Position numbers and translations under genes: made by a program. A model generated the notes under the pieces. It was not told where the DNA came from. It made no database searches and saw only the letters and a list, made by a program, of their open reading frames with translations. Of a stretch of 64,000 nucleotides of DNA, positions 48,726-64,000 are shown piece by piece. The first letter of the stretch is position 1, and each line of letters begins with the position of its first letter. Source of the stretch: Selaginella moellendorffii (taxonomy: Eukaryota > Plantae > Lycopodiophyta); contig NW_003314269.1 in the NCBI RefSeq assembly GCF_000143415.4, positions 2,115,544 to 2,179,543 of the forward strand. Reading direction: 5' to 3'.

Positions 48726-50109
48726 CTACAAAGCGTCAGGCTCCAGGCGCTTCTGGATCGCATTCGCTGCCTGGCAATACGTTCGCGTCACATTTCACAA
48801 GATCAAAAGGATGACAGGTGCTTACTTCGAGATTCCCGAGACGATATTGGTACTGCATTTCCTCACGAAGTTGGGCTTGCTCACGCATCGCTTGTGCCTG
48901 CGGGATTTACCAAAGGAGTGGAGATCATTTAACAAACTTTACGGATGGACTTATTTGAACGCACCATGCCAGTTTTCATCGAGTGCTTTAGTTCTTCAAT
49001 GTGTGCCTCTTTCTCATGCTCCCGCAGCATTTTTAGTTCTTGCCTGAAACAGAAATGTGTGTATGATGGGAAAATCCTATCAGAGCAAAATACCTTCGTT
49101 GCTCTTCATCGTTGAATTCTGTCCGCTCCACTTCGACAGATCTGTATTTGGCGCCCTTCTTCCACTCCTTGAACATCTTTCGCTGGTGATACTTATCAAC
49201 ATTGTAGTACCTACGAAGAAATCAACGTTAAAAAAAGTAAGAAAAACCTTGACTCTAGCACTACTGACTTCTTCGAGGGAAGTGTTGCAGTGTTATAATC
49301 TTCCATGTACCTGTAAAACAACAAGCCACGACATCAGGAAATTCCAAAGCACACTGTCTCGAAGGAAAGCAAATCCACAAAGAGCGAAAACAAGATAGGT
49401 CATGCAACTCAATGCTCACATAATTCGAATGCACGCATGAGAAAAAATTCGTACTCCTTAAACATTTGTCTCTCCTCCCAATTCGGTAGCGTCTCCAGAT
49501 TGACCTGCGTAAGAAAACCAAGCAACACAGTAAGAAGAAGAAACATTTTCTTTTCTGAAAATGCCTACTTTCTTCACTTCCGAAAGCCATGCGCTAAATT
49601 CCGGCCTCTTGTTCCTGCGCATAAACAAAGCTTCGCAATGCCATCCAGAAACATATTGAAAAAAATTTATGGACTCACCACATATCGATCTCCTTGATAA
49701 GTCCATACTTCCCCCATGAAGCAGTCACAGGCCCACTCTTCTGGCGCTCGGCCTTCTCCTTTTTCTTCTTCTTCTTCTCCTCCTTTCGCTTCCCCTTCCC
49801 CCTATCCTTGCGTTTCTTCTCTTTATCCCTGCTCTTGTGCCTTCGCTCCTCCTTGTGCCTTACTCGGCTGCGTGAGCGCTTACTCACATCGTCGCTACCA
49901 TCGCTCTCCTCCCCGGACGAGCTACTATCAGATGATCCTCTAGTTCTTCGTCGATGATGCCGCTTCCTACGCTTGCTCCTGCGATTTTCACTCTCGCTAC
50001 TACCGCTATCGCTGCTCCTGCTCCTCGAATCGGATTCTTCATGCCTCCTCTTGCTCCTCCTGCCGCGCTTCCCTCCCTCGTCCCTCTCCAGCTTCTCTTC
50101 GTGCTCCAT
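48726..50109 (-). CDS. Conserved Arg/Ser/Lys-rich nuclear protein of unknown function
   Basis: RS/K-rich exon followed by WGKYGLIKEIDMW-NKRPEFSAWL and NTATLP-like conserved blocks across short introns. Confidence 0.75.
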
Positions 50110-50252
50110 TGATGCCCTAGCCCTAATAGCCGTTTGACGGAATATACCATCTTTTGATTGAACGGAACATCTTCGCATATTCTAGCTGGGATTACCATCG
50201 GACGGTGGAGGTTTTCTCTGAGCAAGATATAGCCCACGCATTTCCAAAGTAA

Positions 50253-52419
<2,167 letters not shown>

Positions 52420-52630
52420 TGACGATGATGAACAAAGAAGTTTTTTTGGTGCTTCTAAGAACTTTGAGCTCGGGGATTTTGGCCGCGAGCTCTAAAACTC
52501 CAGAACTCTTGTTGCTGGTTACCTTGTGAACGGTTTTTGGGGTATTCCAAATAATGGTAACAATAACCCGAGAGAGAGACTTTTGCTTTTTTCCCGCCAA
52601 AACTTTGCTCTAGGGTTTTTGTGCTCGGCT

Positions 52631-55604
<2,974 letters not shown>

Positions 55605-55698
55605 GCCGTATGAGATAAGTATATCTTGAGGAAAGAGTCTCGATGGAAGAGAAGGTACTGGCACAACCAAATGGAGGCTGGAAAGATCGAGGGAACTT

Positions 55699-57664
55699 TC
55701 ACGCACTCCACACGCTGAATGCGCTGCGTGCGTTTAGCCACTTATCAACCAAGTTGCCGTGGTGCCTCTGGAGGACGTCTTTGAGGCTCTCGGTGTTGTT
55801 CACCCACGCCAGTCCCTCCTTGGTGTAGCTCTTGGCGTTAAAGTTTGAGGTAAAGAATCGATCAGCTTCTAGCCTCCTGTGGGAAAGCAATGCAATGTGT
55901 TAAAACTGTGACTTGGTTCTAGCAGTTTTTACCTGGTGGCCATGAGGAGAAAGATGAAAAACGACGTCTCGCTAATGGCGAAGCCTTTGATCTTCTTCTC
56001 CGCCAGCAAGCCGACGAGCAAGTCGAGCTTCTCCACGTCCTCGCCGTATATCTCCCTCAGCAAGGCGAGTGTTTGTTTGTCATCGGTGAGATCCTCCCAC
56101 TTCTTGATTGGAATCATCAACATGTTTCTCCGAAAGGCATTGTATCTTGCAACTTTTCTTTCGCGATCACGGTAAACTGGGACAAAAATTACAGAGAAGC
56201 AAAGATAAGATCGAGGACAACAAGCGTCTGGCAAGAACAGAACTTACTCTCGAGGGCGGCCATGTCGACGTGATTCGGCCGGTTTATGCCGTCGGTTCCA
56301 GTCTGGGGAAGGTCCCTCATCCACTGCGGATAGTTGAAAAGAACGAGCGCCCCACAAGCTTGATGCCCAAGCGACGCGATCATTCTCTCGTTTCCAATGC
56401 TACCCAGCGTTTTTTCTCCCTCACTTCCAATGAGCTCGATCATGGGAATTCTATAGAGCACAAGAAAAAGTTTAGTCAGGAGTGGTAAAAGAAAAAAAAA
56501 GAGATGGAGGTACCTCTTTCCAGTGGCTCGAGGAGTCTTTGTTTGTTTCTCTTCCGCACTGCCAGTGATGTCTCTCAGCACAATGTCGTCTGGTAGCAAA
56601 GGATGGAGGCGATAAACGCACGTAAACTCCTCCGTCAAGGCGTACGGAACGCCGTGGTTTATTGGCTCCTTCATTCCAATAAATCCACTCAGCAGCGAGG
56701 ATCCAGTGTGCCCGATCCAGCTCTTGATTCTCTTCCCCAGTAAACCATACCTGGATGCACTCTCGAAGTCAGTCGAAATCGCTGGAGAAGATGGAAGTGA
56801 AGAAGAAAAGCTCACCAGTTTGCATGCATTCCAATGTCGAGCGCTTTCGTCTTGAGCAGCTCCACAGTCCAGTCGATGGTGTGAATCTTGGCAATCACGG
56901 CAGCGACCACCAATCTCGCATGAAGGTAGAGCTCTTCGTCCCCGAATTCCGGATGCGTCCTCTGGAACGAAATATCGGAGAATAGCCACGAGTTAGCGGC
57001 AATCCAGAGCTCGAGATCGATCGAGACACACGCACCTTGAGCATGTCACACACGGCATTGTGTTCCTTGACGAAAAGCGCCTGGAGAATCGAAACCCCGG
57101 CCCAGGTGTTCTTGACATCGCCGGAGATGGCGACGCCGTGGTCGTCGCGCTCAAGGAGGCCATTTTGGCCAATCTTAAGTTTGCCATCGCACCCTCGCCA
57201 GCGCACCGTCGTGGCTCCCGTATAGAACACTCCCATCCCTAGAATGTAAAATGAAACTTCCCTCCAATTACAAGAGTTTCGTACCACCACGATGTTCTCA
57301 TGTTCCTATGGCCCAAAGCGATGTCTTGCGAGCCCGTTTCGTCCTCTTTCGTGCGGAGGAACCGAAATTCCTTCAAGGGACACTGCGCTGCGACTGATTC
57401 CGGAGCTACAATCTCTTGCTGGATCGAAAACAAAATCATCCGTGAGAAGAATCCTTGGCTTCGATCACACGAATCATACCTCTTTTGTGTCTTCCTGGTG
57501 GTCGACCCAGTCGTGGATCATAAACTGGATCCAGGACGCCGCGATCATGTTGAACTGCTTGCCCGTGTCCGCGAATTCGGATTCCTTTCTCGCCAGAAAT
57601 TTGGTCGCCACAACACTGGGATGTGGATCCAAAAGTTCCTGCTCGACGCAAATCGAATCTCATG

Positions 57665-57706
<42 letters not shown>

Positions 57707-58151
57707 CGGATCCGGATGCTGCAGCAAAGGCATTTCTCCCAATGAATGATCCATAGTCTCCACTTTTGACATTGACGTGCTCGCCACCGGATTTTTTCTT
57801 CCGGAAAGGCGGAGCTATGCAATCATCCTGCGCGGCTTTTTTCTCTTCTTCTGAGATTGGAGGACCGACGTACTTCAAGTTGTAGTTTTGGTGGAGTGTC
57901 CTCCGGATGTCGAGATAAAACAGCGAGAACACAAGCGGGAGCTTGTGCCACGCCGTGTGTTTGTCGACGAAATGGACGATCTGATATCATCAATCACAAA
58001 GGAGGAAGAACACAAGAGCAAAGCTAGTTAGTCTCTGAGACATCCATAATCGCAACGAAGTCTTTCCCACTCTGAAAATGATCCGGTGCTTGAAGCTCAT
58101 GCGCTTGTAGGCCTCATTGATCTGAGCGTCGCTCGACACTGCGCCTCCCAT
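55699..58151 (-). CDS. DOX: Alpha-dioxygenase (heme peroxidase family)
   Basis: WIQFMIHDW, IHTIDWT, EEFTCVYRLHPLLPD, YRDRER..RYN.FRR, ISETSFFIF, RRLEADRFFT motifs. Confidence 0.93.
57668..57703. repeat. (GA)n microsatellite in an intron of the alpha-dioxygenase gene
   Basis: Direct sequence. Confidence 0.95.
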
Positions 58152-58315
58152 TCTCGCCCGCCCTGTGCTCTGCTTTCTTGTGGTTTCCTCTTGTCAACTA
58201 TGGGGACAATATAAATTACTGCGTTACACTAGTGCACAAATATCGACTGCCATTTTGGAGCGGACTGGATCAGCACGTCGCCAACCAGCTCGTAAACCAA
58301 TTAATTAGTGTCAAT

Positions 58316-60786
58316 TCACGTGGAGCACGAGCCAGGCCAGCCGTAATAGCTACATCTCACCAACCCTAGATTAGACACAAACGTCCCTTTTCTTCTTTCT
58401 CGGCACTTGCACCCTCTTGCGATTCTGATCAAACTCCCACACAAGGCCATGGCCAGAAAGGTGGCGCTCCTTCTCCGGGAATGAATGCTCGGTTTGTATG
58501 CTCTTGCAAGCATTGCTAGTCTGGAACGAAAGTATGCATCACAGACCTGTATAGAGGGTTCAAGAGACTACCTTAGTTCCCGAGGATTCTCCAGCAAGAA
58601 GTTTTCTTTCACTGCTGCTTGGTTTGATTTCTGCCAGCTTTTTGGAATCATCTGCGTTGTTTTCTAGACCCGAGAGCGTCCTCTGAAGAGAGACAACGAA
58701 GTGATATGGCATAACTGATAAGCACAAGCGTGAACCTCCACAGAACGCTGGCTTTGTTGCAGAGCCTTCCGTTTTTCATATATACTTTCGTCGAGAGATT
58801 TCAGTGTTGCAGCGGCAGCCTGTTTCTTCGACTCAATCTCAGCTATTTCTGCAAGAGAAAAAACTTGAAAAACAAACAATAAAGATGCGAGAACTGGTTT
58901 ACCTGAACACAAAAGCTTGTACTCTTCCCGAGCTCGACGGACGAGCGAGCCATCGATCTTCATAAAGCAGTCGGGATATTGCTCGCTGTGTCTCGTCGGA
59001 CTCTCAACCTTCCTTCTCAAGTCTTGCTCGCTCAGCTCCTGCTCGAGGACACAGAGTCTGCTGCTTAGAATGGTGATCATGGATAGAATGTCCGTCGAAG
59101 CGTCCGGAGGCAGTTCAGTGCTGTTCTTGAGCCTCAGCGCGTGAGAACTTTTAAGTCGAAAGTTTACCCTGTCGATGCTGGCCACTGTGTCTCGAAGCTT
59201 ATTACGTGTTTTGTCCCTTTCCGAGTTGAGATCGCTCTCAATCTCATTCAGTCTTTCTGTAAGCTGTTCGATTATCTGGTTTGCTTGTTTCAGCTGGTCA
59301 TTCGCTGTCACGTACATTTCTCTCATCAACTCTGCCTCATTCAAAGCTCGCAGCAACGAGGCCTTCGACGCCTTAAGTTGCGCAATCGTCGACATGGCAT
59401 CTTGCAGCTTGTCTTGACCTGTAAAAATGGTGAGTACAAACCTCATGAGCATAAAAACTATAAGACAAACCTGTAGAAACCTCTCGCTCGAGTTCGGCAA
59501 TCTTTTTCCACAAAAGAGAGCTGGAATTGCGATCTTCTAATAAATCGCCTCCTATCCTATCAGCAGCAAGCGTTCAGATGTCCAAACTCTTAAAAACCAA
59601 CCTTGTGGTCGTCGTAGACGATTTGATAAGTCGCTCACAACGTGTTTCAGTTCCTTGATAGAGTCGAAGGACTCAAGCAACTGTTTCTCAGCAGCAATGT
59701 ATCTGCTTGCTGCTGACTTAAGGTCCTGTTTAAGCCCGTCATTTTCGTCAGACAGTCGTGAAACTGTTTGCAGCGCATCTTTTAGTCTCAATTCTGCACA
59801 AAAAGACCCATCAGACGTGAGTCAAAAGATTAAACCAGCAGCATACCATAGGAAAACGCCCTGCTCTGTTCACTTTCGAGGTCTTTGATCCTGTGGTTTA
59901 ATCCCTCAATCGTCGCGTTAGAATGTCCGTTAGCTGTGTCGACAACCTGCTTTAGCGGCTCAGCCTGCTGTAGCACATTCCTCAACTCATTCACTGTTGC
60001 CACAGCGTCACCAACACTTAGTTGAGCTTCGGCTGTATCATTTTTTTCATTTTTTTTCTTGGCGCTCTTGAGAATGTGCTCGAGAGCTCTCGTGTCGGCA
60101 GCGTCAGCTGGACTGCAAAACAACTAGTTTACACAAAAATCAACGACATCAAAAAACAACGTCCAATAGCATACCGCTTGACATTGCAACACTTTGCAAT
60201 TTCCAGCTCTTCGATTATGAGGTTGTTTTCCTTGGCAACCTGAGAACAAGGTCATATATGCAAAGTCGGAACAAGAAAAGAAAAAAAAAGAAGGAGAAAA
60301 AAAATCAACCTGATGGTGAGATTGTTGGAATTGCGCCAAGTTCTCTTCCATCTCTTTCATCTTCTCTTTCACCCAGAAAGCCCTGGCATATCACAAAGTC
60401 TTGAGCTGTTCATCCAATCTCCTCGTAAGACTTTCCTACTTTTCTCGAGGCAAACATTTTTACCCGCTGAAATTCCCATTCTCGGCACCACTGTTGGAAC
60501 TCGGTCGAATTCCTTCTTCGTTGCAGTTGCTGCCGATCTCTACATTCCTTTCTAGACGGCACTCGGCCTCTGTCAAGCGCTTGCACATGCCGGCATAATC
60601 CGATCCACTGTGCTCCTTCATCGCCGTGAAGATCTCCTTGAGCTGCAATACTTCGTCCCTCAGGCATTTGCGCTTCTCCTTGAGCAGCGCATTCCTCTTC
60701 TCAGCTAGATGATCCAGCATGTCTAGCTTCGATTCGTCCATCCGGCCCCCTGGATTCGAGGCGCAAGCCGCCGCGGCTTCTATCAT
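58316..60786 (-). CDS. Multi-exon coiled-coil protein of unknown function (3' end approximate)
   Basis: Heptad-rich Leu/Glu/Lys exons separated by short GT-AG introns. Confidence 0.65.
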
Positions 60787-60909
60787 CGCCGATCAATCGC
60801 CGGAACATGCCGGGGATCGAAAAACCCTAGCGAGAACGCTAAAGCCACCAGTTTATAAATCTCAGCCGTCAATTTCAACAGTCAGTTTGAATTTCGCGGG
60901 CTCAACATT

Positions 60910-62898
60910 TTAAAGGGGCTGCGACCAGAGTTTAAGTTTCTTGTCCACGCTCGCGGTTGCCAAGATCAAAACTTTGCCTTGATCTAGCAAGAAAACAAGA
61001 AAGAAAGGCGTCACGAAACGTTCCTCTCTAAAAAATTGATTCATATACCTGTGGAGACGCTTTGAGGAGCCCAGGTAATGCACGTGATTTCACCTGTAAA
61101 GTTTTCGAGAAATCAGTGATCTCGACTAGAATTTACGAAAACTTCGCACTTACCATCGTGTGCGTTCTCTGCTGTATCAAGAACTTGGCCGTCGGCAGTG
61201 CTTAACCACGTCAGAGTTGTCCCGTGCGTGGCAGCGAGAATTTTATCGTCCGGGGACACGGCGATCTTCTCGTACAAGCCATTGTCGCTCGATGGAATCG
61301 GGAAGACTTTGATACATTTGGGATCTTCATCCATCTGGTATCTCACTGCATAAAAGGCTTTCAGTACAACACGAGAATGGAAAGATCTGCTAGTACCGTT
61401 AATGTTCCAAATTCTTATGAAACCATCTTTCGACGCGGTGATTATCTTCTGTGAATCCCATGTGAAGCACGTCCAAGTGACAGCGCTCTACACACCAAAC
61501 CATGAATCAGATTACGTAGTTTACGATAACGTCGTTACCTTATGGCCCTTCAGCAGCATGACCTTCACCACATCTCGAACCTGCCCATCTTTCCCATAGA
61601 CGATCTCCCAAATCTAAAACCAGAAAAGGTTCAATAGAGCCTCGTACAGAATCGAAACAAGGCCTACCTTCACATCAGCAGTGAAAGCGGCAGCGGCAAG
61701 GAAGCGGCCGTCCGGAGAAATCGTAGCCATTGTGTTCTGAAGCTGGTTCGTGTCTACAGTCTTCACGCAGGTGCCATTCCCTGCTGACCAAATCTTGATG
61801 TCGGTGCCTGGAAAAAACATGCAAAAGCGTGAGAAAACCAACCACAGCACAGATAGAAAAAACGCACCTTCAGAACAAGTGGCGATCAAGACACTCTCGC
61901 CATCACCACTTCCATATTCGCAACGAGCGCCAACACAAGTTAGCACGTTTCTTCGGTCATGGATTTGCGTTTTCCTCCATTTTATTTCTGGCGGCGGGAC
62001 CTTTCCCTGCTCTCTTGCTTGCGCAGCACCCTTTCCTTCGGGAGCACCAAACATGAGAAGCCCGGACCCGTTGATGTCCTGAGTAGCCACCACAATTTGC
62101 GCAGCACCTGGTCCATCTCCAAAGGCTACCCCAGTAGGAACTGTGCCAAGGGGCACATTGAGCCTCAAAACACTGCAAAACGAAAGGCAAGATAGAACAA
62201 AGAAAACCGGAAAAGCAAACGATACATACTGCAAGTTTTTGCTGGTGGGATCATCCAGCTTGAAAATGCGCACCACTCTGTCAGCACAGGCTGGTTGGAA
62301 GAAGATCAAACAATCATGTCAAATACTCCAGACATCGAAAAAACTGATTTTTTTTTCTACCTGTAGCAAGGCCACGACTGTTGGACGAGAATGCAATGCC
62401 CGTGATAGCATCGACATGCCCTTTGATAGCGTTGAGTTCCAAACGATGCCGAGGAGTAGGCCGTGCCTGCGCAATATGAGAATCAAAGACATTAGTCTCT
62501 ACACTAACTAAAGAGAAACAAAACCTTCTCCAAAGATCCTACAAGTAAATTCAAGCACTAGCTTAGCTCTTGGATATTACCTTAGGCTTCACCTGTGGCG
62601 CTGCCTTCTTCTTCCCAAGCTCCTGATCGGGGATCGCCGGAGGACGAGGAGGAGGGGAAGGGGGAGGGGGAGAAACTCGCCGCTTTCTAGCCGGCGGAGG
62701 AGTATGCTGCTGCTGCTGCTGCTGCTTCGCTTGACTCGCGACACTGGATTTCTTCCTGATCAAGATCCATGCTACTGATCTCCACACAGCCAGCACAAAT
62801 CCAGCGATGAAGCGGATTACGACAGCGCATGCGCATCCGGCAGCGGCAGATCCAAGAACGGCGAGTAGCAATGCGGTGCCGTCGTAGCTCTCTCCCAT
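60910..62898 (-). CDS. Transducin beta-like 2 (TBL2)-type WD40 protein with N-terminal membrane anchor
   Basis: N-terminal hydrophobic segment; DTNQLQNTMATISPDGRFLAAAAFTADVK, LKGHK, SKDG, AHDG motifs. Confidence 0.85.
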
Positions 62899-62951
62899 CC
62901 TAGCCCTACTGGTTTAGGGTTTTACAAAATCTTCGATTAGGGTTTTAGGCT
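62899..62951. promoter_or_regulatory. Very short divergent intergenic region with telo-box motifs
   Basis: 53 bp between opposing ATGs, with TAGGGTTT twice. Similar telo-boxes at about 50260, 52610 and 60821. Confidence 0.6.
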
Positions 62952-64000
62952 ATGGCTGCGAGGTGTCTGGCGAGCGCGCTGGTGCGAAGGCGCCCATGGA
63001 TGATGCCGATCGCGACTTCCTCCGCGATTACGAATCCAATGCGGTCGTTCTCGTCAGGCGCCGATGAGGAATTCCAGGTAGCGCCCGAAATCTTGAGGGA
63101 TCCGGCTATTGGCGACGCATTTCATCTGGATACAAGTAATTTGTGGACGATCTTTAGAGGTCCGGTGAGCCTTGTGGCTACGTTCCTGGACAGCGTTCAC
63201 GTTGCAACTGGAGCTCCCTGGTATGTTCGTGCTCGTTTCAAATATTTCGTTTTTACGTCTTTTCTTTTGATCAGGTGGATTGTCCTTGCGGGATCAACAA
63301 TTGCTGTGAGGGCGGCCCTTTTCCCTGTTACTGTGATCCAGCTACGAAAGACTGCCCAGCTCGCGCAACTCTCTGGAAAATGTAAGCTCCACTATGGCCT
63401 TTTGTGATCTCACTTCTCACACTTCACGTCCAGTGCCCTCGCCAGTTCCTCCTCCTGGGAGTGGTGTCACGCAGTTAGAGCAATTCAAGCTCTATTCTCA
63501 GAAACGAAAGGAGCTTGGAGTTCCCAGTCCTGCATGGTGTTTTGCTTCTCTTTTCGTTCAAGTAAGATTAGTAAGATTTTCATGAAAACAAAAAGATTTA
63601 CGTTTATTCTTTTCTCCACCAGGTGCCTATTTTCATATCCTGGACTTTAGCGATCAGAAACATGGCCATAAACAAGTACCCTGGATTTGAAACAGTCAGT
63701 AACAACTTTGGCTTTGTAAATATTTCTGATCCTTCTCCGCACAGGGTGGTGCTCTATGGTTTACAGACTTAACTGTTCCTGTCAGTGGAGATTTAGGAGC
63801 TCTCTTACCGATATCACTTTCCGTTGCATACATTTGTCATATCGAGGTAATTTTTGACTGGAGCTATTGTCAAATCTAGCGATTGTGCAGTAGGTGTCTT
63901 TGAAAGGAATTGAGCCAAAGCCCGGCATTGTGGGATCTTTGCTTTCGGTAAGAAAACTATTTTTCGAGCAGCGTACTTATGTTTCAAACAGTTCTACGGC
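62952..64000 (+). CDS. OXA1/ALB3/YidC-family membrane insertase (mitochondrial type), truncated by the window edge
   Basis: Transit peptide; HVATGAPWW...TIAVRAALFP, QVPIF, GGALWFTDLT motifs. Confidence 0.85.

Overview
Eukaryotic plant DNA with very short introns (about 45-60 bp) and tightly packed genes, consistent with a lycophyte such as Selaginella (inference). About 42-64 kb holds ordinary nuclear genes: patatin-like lipase, XTH, an SR-rich protein, mitochondrial ATP synthase beta, MCM7, alpha-dioxygenase, a coiled-coil protein, a TBL2-like WD40 protein and an OXA/ALB3-family insertase. About 1-42 kb is a nested transposon island. A decayed chromodomain Ty3/gypsy element has its 3' LTR split by a 25-kb Mutator-like element (5778-30792, 9-bp TSD CCATAAAGG). 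That element contains a 13.3-kb Sola1-like element (16563-29852, perfect 24-bp TIRs, ATAT TSD). Each of the two unrelated DNA transposons carries, head-to-head with its transposase, an intron-containing gene encoding a ParB-like domain followed by a beta-class N6A/N4C DNA-methyltransferase-like domain. In the Sola element this gene splices in frame onto an FCP1/SCP-like HAD phosphatase. The Sola element is also covered with about 25 copies of a 22-bp palindrome (ATGGCRTGWGGCCWCAYGCCAT), several of them inside tiny introns. The two elements share a small orphan ORF, and the MULE carries two zf-XS-like ORFs. Together this suggests a transposon-borne, ParB/parS-like self-recognition and chromatin or transcription control module; this is a hypothesis and its novelty needs a literature and database check. 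Domain calls come from motif recognition by eye, not from searches.
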